Shown in pieces: positions 28,053 through 36,839 of a stretch of DNA of 42,383 nt; positions within the stretch are counted from its first letter, which is position 1, and each line of letters starts with the position of its first letter. A program made the position numbers and the translations under genes. Source of the DNA: Candidatus Acetocimmeria pyornia (lineage in GTDB: Bacteria; Bacillota; Sulfobacillia; UBA3575). The notes beneath the pieces are model-generated. The model was not told the origin of the DNA. It searched no databases and worked only from the letters and a program-made list of their open reading frames with translations. Where the stretch lies: assembly GCA_004367365.1 (NCBI GenBank), contig SESX01000003.1, forward strand, positions 1 through 42,383. Reading direction: 5' to 3'.

Positions 28053-29641
28053 CTTTTCTCCACCAGCCCCATAATCCGGTACAGGCTGTGGAGGTTCACG
28101 TGTTGACGCACGTGGTCAGCCAGCCGGTCGTAGGCAGCCTCCCGGCGCTCCTGGTAATCCAGCCAGGCCCCAGGGGTGCTCAAGGAAAACCGGTGCCCTC
28201 GGCGGCCAGACAGCACTTTCAGCCACTCCCGCAGAAAAACAGCGTTGTCAAAGAGACCGTGTAGGTAGGTCCCAAATACCCTTCCATCTGCACTTACTGC
28301 CCCGTCGTCAACATGCACCTGTTTCCCGGAACGGGCCTGGACCTGGAAAGCCGGTTCAACCCCGCAACCCAGTACCGAGTTACCCATGTGGATCTCGTAG
28401 CCTCTGACGTAAACCCCTGTCAGGTTCCTCCACCAGGCCCGCCGGCTGGCAACCTTGGCTTGAACCTGGTGGGTCACCTTCTCCGGGGAGAAGGTGGTTT
28501 CGATGTCCAGGAGCCCCAGACCTTCCATTTCACGTACCCCGGACTGGGTTTCATGTGGGTCAACGAGGCGCGTACCCAGCATTTGAAAGCCCCCACAAAT
28601 CCCCACTACCATTTTCCCTTGGCCCGCAAGGTCCAGGATGCGGTCGGCCAACCCGGATTCCTGGAGAAAGATCAGGTCACCGGTGGTATTTTTTGTACCT
28701 GGAAGGATAACAGCATCCGGGTTACCCAGCTGCCTCAGGTTCTTGACGAACCGGACCCCAACACCGGGAACCACCCTCAGTGGGTCGAAATCAGTGAAAT
28801 TGGAGATCCTTGGCAACTGGATGACAGCAATATCAATCTCCCTGCCCGGGCAGGTTGACTCTTCTCTACCGGCCGCCACGTGAACCTGGCTTTCTTCAGA
28901 ATCCTCGGTCAGGGAAACAGAATCTTCGGCATCAATACCCAGGTCATAAAGGTAGGGGACCACCCCTAGGACCGGCTTGCCGGTCTTTTCTTCCAGGAAC
29001 CTGAGCCCGGGTTCAAGGAGTGCAACCTCACCCCGGAACCGGTTGAAGATAAATCCGGCCACCATCTCCTTTTCGTCTGGATCTAACAATTCAAGGGTTC
29101 CCACCAGGGAGGCAAAAGCCCCACCACGGTCGATGTCCGCCACCAGGATCACCGGGGCCTCAGCCAGTTCCGCCGCTTTCATGTTCACGATATCCCGGTC
29201 CTTGAGATTGATTTCTGCCGGACTCCCTGCCCCCTCAAGAACGACAACATCGAATTCTCGTCTCAGCTTGTCCAGGCACTCCCGCACCGTCTCCAACGCC
29301 CGGGGCAGGTAATCGGCCCGGTACTCACCGGCACTCATATCAGCCAGGGGCCGGCCCTTGACTATTACCTGGGCGACCGCATCCTGTTTGGGTTTCAGGA
29401 GAATGGGGTTCATCTCCACCGCAGCCGGGCAGCCTGCCGCCTCAGCTTGAATCCCCTGGGAACGACCGATCTCCCCGCCGTCACGGGTCACGTACGAGTT
29501 GAGGGCCATGTTCTGGGCTTTGAAGGGGGCGACCCGGTAACCATCCTGTTTTAGAATCCGGCACAGGGCGGTACTCAGGATACTCTTGCCCACGTTGGAG
29601 GCCGTACCTTGAAACATAATTGTCCTAGCCAGCCGTCCCAA
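28049..29641 (-). CDS. cbiP: Cobyric acid synthase (CbiP/CobQ)
   Basis: IMFQGTASNVGKS, PFKAQNM, EGAGSPAEINL, ISNFTDF, GICGGFQMLG, GTYLHG; start moved to TTG 29641 after an RBS. Confidence 0.95.
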   Translation of the reverse strand: MGRLARTIMFQGTASNVGKSILSTALCRILKQDGYRVAPFKAQNMALNSYVTRDGGEIGRSQGIQAEAAGCPAAVEMNPILLKPKQDAVAQVIVKGRPLADMSAGEYRADYLPRALETVRECLDKLRREFDVVVLEGAGSPAEINLKDRDIVNMKAAELAEAPVILVADIDRGGAFASLVGTLELLDPDEKEMVAGFIFNRFRGEVALLEPGLRFLEEKTGKPVLGVVPYLYDLGIDAEDSVSLTEDSEESQVHVAAGREESTCPGREIDIAVIQLPRISNFTDFDPLRVVPGVGVRFVKNLRQLGNPDAVILPGTKNTTGDLIFLQESGLADRILDLAGQGKMVVGICGGFQMLGTRLVDPHETQSGVREMEGLGLLDIETTFSPEKVTHQVQAKVASRRAWWRNLTGVYVRGYEIHMGNSVLGCGVEPAFQVQARSGKQVHVDDGAVSADGRVFGTYLHGLFDNAVFLREWLKVLSGRRGHRFSLSTPGAWLDYQERREAAYDRLADHVRQHVNLHSLYRIMGLVEKR

Positions 29642-29776
29642 TTGGCCTTCCCCCTCCTTCTGTGCCTGGCTTTCAACGAGAAACCTGACCTTCGTTTCCA
29701 GCTGTCCGGCGGCCCTGCCCGCCAGGACAACCCAATAACCACCTAAACTAGACCGAAAATACTGGTTCCACCCTGG

Positions 29777-29830
29777 ATTTTCATCCTTTGGGGTGCCGCC
29801 GCGCCGCATACCCCTAATGTCCTCGAAACT
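29777..29830 (+). repeat. R1 repeat copy in the cob leader
   Basis: ATTTTCATCCTTTGGGGTGCCGCCGCGCCGCAT...CGAAACT; shares GGTGCCGCCGCGCCGCAT with the 6535 copy. Confidence 0.75.
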
Positions 29831-29874
29831 GCAGGTTACAACCTAACAGCTACCATCTGGACACCCGCGAACCC

Positions 29875-29906
29875 AAGAAATTTCCCGCCCCGGAAGGGGC
29901 GGGAAG
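29875..29906 (-). terminator. Riboswitch-coupled terminator hairpin
   Basis: TTCCCGCCCC-GGAA-GGGGCGGGAA followed by TTTCTT on the minus strand. Confidence 0.7.
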
Positions 29907-29974
29907 TATCGCTTGCTTGGCCTTTGTGAGCGTTGACCTCCTTAATCCCCGAAGGGGTCCAACGTGCAATGAGA

Positions 29975-30125
29975 AGGGCAGGTTTCCTGGCTACCGGTTC
30001 TTACCACCCCATGCCTTCCCGCTTGCGCAGTGGCCTTGTATGAGGTAGTCCCCGGTTACAGTGGCGGGACCGCTCAGGATTTGCACCTGATTCCCTATTA
30101 TCTCCTGACGGAGCACCCATCTCAC
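29975..30125 (-). ncRNA. Cobalamin riboswitch (cbiP operon)
   Basis: GGTGC...AATAGGGAATCAGGTGCAAATCCTGAGCGGTCCCGCCACTGTAACCGGGG...CCACTG...GGGAAGG...AGCCAGGAAACCTGCC. Confidence 0.95.
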
Positions 30126-30180
30126 GGCATTATTCATATTTCACTGCTATTATAACCCAGTTAGTATCTTAAGAACAACC

Positions 30181-30504
30181 CTAGGATTTTAGACATGGGA
30201 GGCTGCACCAAGAACTAGAGACCAACAAGATGCCGGGAATGGGAAGCATGGTGGCAAACCGATAAAGAGCTTCCTTCCTCCCGCTGAAAAGGGTCTGCAT
30301 CATGCCTTCCTTGGACCCTAGGAAGAGGAAGGCCACGCCCTCTTGCGCCTGGAAATAGGCACGCATCCGCTTAAAAATTTCGTGGTCTGTCACCCTGGAG
30401 GCATCCTGAAACTCATCGAACATGACTACCATGAGCTTCTCATCCCTGTCAGCCAGCACACCCGGAAGCCTTCGGTGATATACAAACAGTTTTTGCCATT
30501 TCAT
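30181..30504 (-). pseudogene. Internal fragment of an AAA/archaeal-type ATPase
   Basis: Walker B MVVMFDEFQD and FLFLGSK present; no Walker A and no C-terminal domain. Confidence 0.7.
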
Positions 30505-31865
30505 TTTGGAAATGGCCGGTATTCCCTTGAGTTAAGTTGGCTGGAACCAGTAGTTAAATCGTCAAAATCCACCCCCTGCCTCCAGAGTAGTGCTAACCGG
30601 TAACCCAGGTTGCGCGGCATATTCCACCATAGTCCTACACGAGACTTCAGAAACAGCCGGTCAAAGACAGACGGAAGGGAATAAAATTGTTTGGCAAACC
30701 AAGCCACACCCTGCTCCAATTCACGGGGGGTCATCTGCTTGGGCTGGAAGACCGCGTCCACTTTCCCATTATATTTATCCCAGTTGGTGGTCAAAAGCCT
30801 CCCTTCGCGCTGCAACCGGGTAAAGAAAGGAGTTTCCGGCATGGGAACGACAATGCTGACTGTCGCACTGTCGATACCGATTTCACGGTAATACTTCAAG
30901 GTGCGCTCGAAAATGCCCGGATCGTCTCCATCCAGTCCAAACATGGTGCCGGCCTGAATTGCGATTCCATAGCGATGCAAGTTCTTCACTGCTTCCTCGT
31001 ACAGGGCCACCTTGTTAAACCCCTTACCCTGGGAATTTAGGCTCCCCTGAGAAATTGACTCCAGGCCGATGAAGAAGGCCTTGCAGCCGCTTTCAGCAGC
31101 AGCCACCAGCAGCTCATGGTCAAAGGCCACCTGAATGGTGGTCTGAGTGGTCCACCATTTGCGATAGGGGGCGATGGCTTTGAAAAGTTCCAAGGCGTAG
31201 CGGCGATTGGCGGTCAAGTGATCGTCCCAAAAGATCACCGCCTTGCCGGGAATCGTCGCCACCTCCCGGGCCACCTCCTGTACGGGTCGCCGCCGCTGGC
31301 CGCTACCGTACATATTACCCACAGAACAATAATCACAGCGGTTAGGACAGCCCCGGGTGGCAATGATAACCCCGCGACCATAGCCCCTTCCCACGATGAG
31401 GTCTCTCCTCGCACGGGGGATCCCGGCAAGGTCGGCTGGCTTCCCCCTGTATACCCGTTGCCAAGTACCCCGCTGGAAGTCCTCGACTACTCTCGACCAG
31501 ACCGTTTCAGCTTCACCGATTACCACCGCATCGGCGTGGGCCAGGGCTTCTTCGGGCAGCACAGTAACGTGGGGGCCGCCCAGAACTACCTTCCGGCCCC
31601 GCCGGCGGAACTCGTCCGCCAGCCGGTAAACATGATTGGCGGCCGGTGTATTACAGGTGATGGCTACCAGGTCGACCTCCCGCTCGAAATTCACCGCTTC
31701 CACAATTTCATCGGTGTGGTGAATCTCAACGTCTTTCGGAGTTAAGGCCGCAATCAACGGCATCGTCAACTGCGGAAACTGGATTAGTCGCCACTTACGT
31801 AGCCGGCGCGAGGGTTCTGATTCCGGGGTGATCAATTCCAGTTTCAAGTAGGCCGCCATCCTCAC
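30501..31865 (-). CDS. B12-binding-domain radical SAM protein (start uncertain)
   Basis: VVLGGPHVT, VVIGEAE, TRGCPNRCDYC (CX3CX2C), FWDD, IGLES, PETP. Confidence 0.92.
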   Translation of the reverse strand: MRMAAYLKLELITPESEPSRRLRKWRLIQFPQLTMPLIAALTPKDVEIHHTDEIVEAVNFEREVDLVAITCNTPAANHVYRLADEFRRRGRKVVLGGPHVTVLPEEALAHADAVVIGEAETVWSRVVEDFQRGTWQRVYRGKPADLAGIPRARRDLIVGRGYGRGVIIATRGCPNRCDYCSVGNMYGSGQRRRPVQEVAREVATIPGKAVIFWDDHLTANRRYALELFKAIAPYRKWWTTQTTIQVAFDHELLVAAAESGCKAFFIGLESISQGSLNSQGKGFNKVALYEEAVKNLHRYGIAIQAGTMFGLDGDDPGIFERTLKYYREIGIDSATVSIVVPMPETPFFTRLQREGRLLTTNWDKYNGKVDAVFQPKQMTPRELEQGVAWFAKQFYSLPSVFDRLFLKSRVGLWWNMPRNLGYRLALLWRQGVDFDDLTTGSSQLNSREYRPFPK

Positions 31866-32012
31866 AGGTTAGTCTTAGTGATTAATGAGCTTGGAGCAAA
31901 CTTTCCGGCCCATGTCTACCTTGAATAGCGGACTATTTGGTGAAAGCTATGGTCCTTCTGCAGTGTTACCACTTCATCCTGCTATAAATTATACCCCTTG
32001 AGCCGTTGTGGC

Positions 32013-33068
32013 TTAGATATCCTTTTCCGATACTCCAGCCTCTTGGAAGGTGGCCATCTCCACCTGGATCCGGGTCGCCGCATCGATGATGTGAAAGGCC
32101 AGGGCTGCTCCGGTCCCTTCCCCCAGCCGCATCTTGAGGGTTAACATGGGTTCCAGGTCCAGAAGTTCCAGGATCAAAGCATGTCCTGGTTCCTCAGACA
32201 AGTGGGAAGCCAGCATGAATTCTGTCACCTGGGGACAGAGACGGGCCGCCAAGAGGGCCCCGGCCCCGGCGATAAACCCGTCAATCACCACCGGCACCCG
32301 TCGGGACGCGGCACCCAAAACGGTACCAGCGATGGCCCCTATTTCCAGCCCACCCACCTTGGCCAGTACGTCCAGGGCATCGTCCGGGTCAGGCCGGTTG
32401 ACCTCAAGGGCTTTTTCAATCACTTTTCGTTTTTCTTCGAGCCGCCCGTCGTCCAACCCGGTTCCTCGCCCCACCAGGTTCTTGAGCGGAGCCCCCGAAA
32501 AAGCGGCCAGAATGGCCGAACTAGGGGTGGTGTTGCCAATCCCCATATCCCCGGTGCCCAGGATTTGCGCCCCACTTGCAATCTCCGCCTGGGCCAGTTC
32601 AATTCCGACCTCCACGGCCCTGACTGCTTCTTGGCGGGTCATGGCCGGTCCTTCAGTCATGTCCGCCGTACCGTGCCGGACCTTTTTCACCACCAGCCCC
32701 GGGGCATCAATTTCTCCGATAACACCAATATCACAGACGACCACCCTTGCCTCAGCATGACGGGAGAGAACATTGATGGCCGCACCCCCGTTAAGAAAGT
32801 TGAGCACCATCTGGGGGGTAACCTCCTGGGGGTAGGCACTGACCCCCTGGTTCACTACCCCGTGGTCACCGGCCATCACGATAACTACCTTTTCCCTGAC
32901 CACCGGGCATTTCTCACCGGTAATGCCGGCCAACTTCACCACAATTTCCTCCAGAACCCCCAGGCTGCCCGGTGGTTTCGTCAGGCTGTCAAGCCTGGTA
33001 CGGGCCTCGGCCTGGGCCGCACTGTCTAGGGCCCCGATTGAATTGATGGTTTCCTCCAACAAGGTCAT
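32013..33068 (-). CDS. cobT: Nicotinate-nucleotide-dimethylbenzimidazole phosphoribosyltransferase
   Basis: LTKPPGSLGVLE, AGDHGV, GDMGIGNTT, GRGTG, MRLGEGTGA; ATG 33068 after AAGGAGG. Confidence 0.95.
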   Translation of the reverse strand: MTLLEETINSIGALDSAAQAEARTRLDSLTKPPGSLGVLEEIVVKLAGITGEKCPVVREKVVIVMAGDHGVVNQGVSAYPQEVTPQMVLNFLNGGAAINVLSRHAEARVVVCDIGVIGEIDAPGLVVKKVRHGTADMTEGPAMTRQEAVRAVEVGIELAQAEIASGAQILGTGDMGIGNTTPSSAILAAFSGAPLKNLVGRGTGLDDGRLEEKRKVIEKALEVNRPDPDDALDVLAKVGGLEIGAIAGTVLGAASRRVPVVIDGFIAGAGALLAARLCPQVTEFMLASHLSEEPGHALILELLDLEPMLTLKMRLGEGTGAALAFHIIDAATRIQVEMATFQEAGVSEKDI

Positions 33069-33202
33069 GATCATTCCCTCCTTCAGGCGGCAGGTACAGG
33101 GAAAACGGCCCCACACGTTACCAGGAAAAATAAAAGCCCCCAGCCCAACAGAGCTGAGGACTTTACCATCATCCCCCCGCATCAACAGCAAAAGGCAGAA
33201 AC

Positions 33203-33355
33203 AGGCAGGTCTCCTGGCTTCCGGCTCCTCGTTCACCCATCCTTCCCAGGCAAGGCCCAGTGGATACCTTCGGGTTGTTACTCCCCGGTTACAGTGGCGG
33301 GACCGCTCAGGATTTACACCCGATTCCCTATTCTCCCCCAGAGGGGCACCTGCTG
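33203..33355 (-). ncRNA. Cobalamin riboswitch (cobT)
   Basis: AGGTGCC...AATAGGGAATCGGGTGTAAATCCTGAGCGGTCCCGCCACTGTAACCGGGG...GGGAAGG...AAGCCAGGAGACCTGCC. Confidence 0.95.
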
Positions 33356-33378
33356 CCCGGATTTATTTTGTTGGCATC

Positions 33379-33408
33379 ATTATATCAAGGAGAGGGTTGG
33401 AGGGTCAA
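33379..33408 (-). promoter_or_regulatory. SigA promoter of cobT
   Basis: TTGACC-N18-TATAAT with extended TG. Confidence 0.7.
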
Positions 33409-33488
33409 TAGGTCAAACAAGGCCAGAACCGTGGCCACCATCAGAACAGCCCCGGGAAAGGCAGAGATGAAAAGATTTGATGTCCTCG

Positions 33489-33515
33489 GCAGGAATACTT
33501 CTGTCCACGTCGAAT
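33489..33515 (+). promoter_or_regulatory. SigH-like promoter
   Basis: GCAGGA-N17-GAAT. Confidence 0.6.
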
Positions 33516-33617
33516 ATACTGGCAACATGTGCCCGTGGGTTGGTCGAGGTAGCCGGCAGTAAGAATGGTGCCGGCGTGGATGCGACTACGGGGAGCCAAA
33601 CTGCAGGAGGGTTTGAG

Positions 33618-34808
33618 TTGTTTTCTCAAATATTCGCCGAGAGAATGAAGCACCTTGGTACAGAGACGGCCTTTGAAGTACTGGCGAAGGCCAAGGCCCT
33701 GGAACGAACCGGGAAGGATATTATCCACCTTGAAATTGGAGAACCGGATTTTGATACTCCCGGCAACATCATCGAGAGTGCCGTAACCGCCCTCAGAGAC
33801 GGTTACACCCATTACACTCCTACCCCCGGTATCCACGAACTACGAGGGGCTATCGCCGAATACGTGGCCCGCACCAGGGGAATCCCCGTCGAACCAGAAG
33901 AAGTGGTAGTCACTCCGGGCGGCAAACCGATTATGTTTTTTTCGATCCTAACCCTGGTTGATCCGGGGGACGAAGTCCTGCTCCCTGACCCCGGTTTTCC
34001 CATCTACGAATCAATGGTCCGTTTCGTAGGTGGAATCCCGGTACCCATCCCCCTGCTCGAAGAAAACGACTTTGCGCTGGATGTGGACAGGCTGCGGGCC
34101 AGGATCGGACCCAAAACCAAGATGATCATCCTCAATTCACCCCAAAACCCGACGGGAGGGGTGCTCTCAAAGACCCAACTGGAGGAAATTGCTCACCTGG
34201 TGCAGGGCAAAAACATCATCGTTCTCTCGGATGAGATCTATCATCGTATCGTGTACGAGGGAGAAGCAGCTTCTATTGCCAGCCTCCCCGGGATGAAGGA
34301 ACAAACCATTATCCTGGATGGTTTTTCGAAAACCTATGCCATGACAGGGTGGAGGTTAGGGTACGGAGTCATGCACCCGGAAATTGCTGAGCGGATTACC
34401 CGTCTCATGGTCAACTCCAATTCCTGTACAGCCGCTTTCACCCAGGTAGCCGGAATCGAAGCCCTGACCGGTCCCCAAGATGCTCCGCGGGACATGGTGG
34501 AGCAGTTTCGCACCCGGCGGGATGTGATCGTAGAGGGCCTGAACTCGATCCCCGGCATCACCTGCCGTAAACCGAGGGGTGCCTTCTACGTTTTCCCCAA
34601 CATTTCAGCCCTAGGGGTTAAGTGCGAACTACTGGCCGACTACCTGCTGAGGGAAGCATCTGTGGCCGTTTTGGCCGGCACCTCCTTCGGCCGCTACGGT
34701 GAAGGCTACCTCCGGCTGTCCTACGCCAACTCTGTAGAAAACATCGAAAAAGCCGTCGACCGAATCGCTCAAGCCCTTCAACGACTGGAGAAACACATGG
34801 CCTCCTGA
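33618..34808 (+). CDS. Class I/II PLP aminotransferase (aspartate aminotransferase-like)
   Basis: LEIGEPDFDTP, NSPQNPTG, SDEIY, GFSKTYAMTGWRLGY, GEGYLRLSYA; AGGAGG before TTG 33618. Confidence 0.92.
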   Translation: MFSQIFAERMKHLGTETAFEVLAKAKALERTGKDIIHLEIGEPDFDTPGNIIESAVTALRDGYTHYTPTPGIHELRGAIAEYVARTRGIPVEPEEVVVTPGGKPIMFFSILTLVDPGDEVLLPDPGFPIYESMVRFVGGIPVPIPLLEENDFALDVDRLRARIGPKTKMIILNSPQNPTGGVLSKTQLEEIAHLVQGKNIIVLSDEIYHRIVYEGEAASIASLPGMKEQTIILDGFSKTYAMTGWRLGYGVMHPEIAERITRLMVNSNSCTAAFTQVAGIEALTGPQDAPRDMVEQFRTRRDVIVEGLNSIPGITCRKPRGAFYVFPNISALGVKCELLADYLLREASVAVLAGTSFGRYGEGYLRLSYANSVENIEKAVDRIAQALQRLEKHMAS

Positions 34809-34854
34809 GGACGTTGAAGAGGGTTTCGCAAGACCACAAATGTTCTCTTGCCGT

Positions 34855-34882
34855 TTCCCATCTTCAAGAGGGGGATTTTTTT
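34855..34882 (+). terminator. Intrinsic terminator after the aminotransferase
   Basis: TCCCATCTTCAAGAGGGGGA plus T run. Confidence 0.55.
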
Positions 34883-34913
34883 CTCTTTACCCTGCATCCC
34901 TACTGTCTTTCCC

Positions 34914-35597
34914 TTACTTGGGGGTCTTGTTGGACTGGAAGTAGAGGACCGCCGAATAAACAACTGCCACGACGGCCGCCCCAATGACAGCTGCAATGGT
35001 CACCCAGAAACTAAGGGGTCCGGGAACCAAGGCGGCAAAAATACTGATGATTCCTGCCGCAACAAAGAGAAACCCTCCAAGCCTGTGGGTCCTACGCCAG
35101 ACCTCTTCACTGGCGAGGGTCCAAGGCGTCCTGATGCCCACGAAGTAGTTGTGGCGGACTTGGGTCAGGTAATTACCGATGATGATGAAGAAAACCCCCA
35201 GGGCCATGGGTACCACCCTTGATATGTTAACATCATATCCGAGGGCACTGGCAGTCACTGCCGCGTAGAGCACGGTCAAAAAGAGGACCAAACCGGTGCG
35301 TAACGCCCGGTAAGCAGTCTGGAACTTGGTATAGTTGGCCCGGCGTGGGTCAATCAACGGAAGCAGCAGCATGCCCACGTAAATGCCAACCGTCAGGAAG
35401 GGAATCGCGAAAGCACCTGTAAACCGGGACCCGTAGCGGTCCACTTCACCGGCGGCGTTCCAGTGCATGGGAACCCGTTCCGGCAGGAGCGGGAAAATTA
35501 CAAAGGCAGCGACCACCAAGCCCGACAGGACGAAAACAAGAGGCCAGTCCTGGCGCAGGATTTCGGTCCAACGGTACTCCTCGTTATGACGGGTCAT
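34914..35597 (-). CDS. SdpI/DUF1648-family membrane immunity protein
   Basis: LPERVPMHWN.AGEVDRYG, IDPRRANY, NYFVGIRTPWTL.SEEVWRRTHR. Confidence 0.92.
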   Translation of the reverse strand: MTRHNEEYRWTEILRQDWPLVFVLSGLVVAAFVIFPLLPERVPMHWNAAGEVDRYGSRFTGAFAIPFLTVGIYVGMLLLPLIDPRRANYTKFQTAYRALRTGLVLFLTVLYAAVTASALGYDVNISRVVPMALGVFFIIIGNYLTQVRHNYFVGIRTPWTLASEEVWRRTHRLGGFLFVAAGIISIFAALVPGPLSFWVTIAAVIGAAVVAVVYSAVLYFQSNKTPK

Positions 35598-35787
35598 TCT
35601 TGAGCACCACCTTTCAGTTCATCACTACCGCGACAACATCCCTCTCCTTTCGCGTGGGCCAGCTCCTCCGCTCACCTTCTTTGTTCCTTTGCTTTTGCAA
35701 GCCCGGCTGGCAACAGCGAGAATTGTCCCCGGTGCCACCAGTGCTGAGACAGAATACGGGGTCCGCTTGGCTTGGACATGTTTTACC

Positions 35788-36108
35788 CTATTCTCCCTTC
35801 CCTTTCCCGCGCAGCCGCTCCTTACCTGGCTCTATCCTCTTGAGGAAGGTTCGCCTCAGGTCAAGAACCCACGCCGCTACTTCCTGAAAAACCGTGGTGT
35901 TGAGGGAGTAAACAATATACTGTCCCTGCCGCTCGTCGAGAACCAGGCCGGCATCCTTCAGGACACTAAGGTGATGGGAGATGGTCGCCCTCGATAAATC
36001 AAAGGCCTCGGCAATTTCGCCGGCCGTTAGGGCCTTTTGTGTGAGCAGCCGGAGTATTTCCCGCCTGGTGTTGTCGCCTAGAGCCTTAAACAAAGCATTC
36101 AAACCCAC
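35788..36108 (-). CDS. SdpR-like ArsR/SmtB autorepressor
   Basis: FKALGDNTRREIL, TAGEIA, ISHHLSVLK, YSLNTTVFQE. Confidence 0.92.
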   Translation of the reverse strand: MGLNALFKALGDNTRREILRLLTQKALTAGEIAEAFDLSRATISHHLSVLKDAGLVLDERQGQYIVYSLNTTVFQEVAAWVLDLRRTFLKRIEPGKERLRGKGKGE

Positions 36109-36134
36109 GGAACTACCTCCACGGCAAGCCGAAT

Positions 36135-36186
36135 ATTTCGATACCTATCTAAATCTTATTCTAATCCACACACGGCTACCTGTCAA
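36135..36186 (-). promoter_or_regulatory. SigA promoter of sdpRI with downstream palindromic operator
   Basis: TTGACA-N17-TAGAAT (36158-36186); operator ATTTAGATA-GG-TATCGAAAT (36135-36154). Confidence 0.8.
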
Positions 36187-36299
36187 TGCAAATGACCCGT
36201 CGTGTGTCGTTGGCCTGTGATATTGTCACCCTATAAGGGGTCTGAGAAAATGTCTTAGCTCGGCGCCCCCGGTCCCGAGACCAGGTGCCTTGTACCCAA

Positions 36300-36345
36300 A
36301 AAGATTTAATGTCCATGGCAGGAATACTTCTGTCCATGTCGAATA
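36300..36345 (+). repeat. Duplicate of the aminotransferase promoter region (33471-33516)
   Basis: 42 of 46 positions identical, including the SigH-like element. Confidence 0.9.
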
Positions 36346-36703
36346 ATCTGGCTAAATATGTCAGTAGCTTGGTTAGGTTGAGAAGGTAGCCCTGAGCTTT
36401 TCCTGAACAGCTTCCTCGGGTGTTTTTGGTGACTTCGTACTGACCCATTTATCTTCCAGGTCATAACAAGCGCGGTGCTTCTGATCCCCTCAACCAGGCC
36501 GGTCTCGTCTGCCCCACGCAATGCCGCACACACTAACCCGAATTCCTTATTCATCACCTCTTGCGGTTGCTGCCCCCGTTGGAGCTCTGAAAGGACCTGT
36601 TTCGCGCGCTACACTTCAATTCCCGTAAACAACTAGACTCTTGAGTGAATAGCTCCTAGTTGGCGAAAGTTGGAAAGTTGGGTTGAATGCTTGCATTTCG
36701 CCA

Positions 36704-36763
36704 ATTTTCATGCTTCGTGGTGCCGCCGCTTCAGAGGCGGCATGTAGTACTACTACCTTAAAA
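36704..36763 (+). repeat. R1 repeat copy
   Basis: ATTTTCATGCTTCGTGGTGCCGCCGCTTCAGAGGCGGCATGTAGTACTACTAC closely matches 6272-6325. Confidence 0.9.
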
Positions 36764-36839
36764 GGGAGGTGGGTCTCGCCAGAATCTTTATCTACACGGC
36801 ACTGAAGCAAAATTAATTTGAGGAAAGGGGAGGGGATGA

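Noticed and set aside
29642-29809. N-terminal extension of CbiP in the ORF track
   Set aside because: Starts inside an R1 copy in the leader; homology and RBS point to ~29641
33069-33236. N-terminal extension of CobT
   Set aside because: Overlaps the riboswitch and its expression platform; strong RBS before 33068
30050-33315. Identical ~33-nt stretch at ~30050 and ~33283 as a mobile-element repeat
   Set aside because: It is the conserved core of the two cobalamin riboswitches
36306-36557. 83-aa minus-strand ORF and neighbouring frames
   Set aside because: Runs across the duplicated promoter with no recognisable family; may be a gene remnant but cannot be supported
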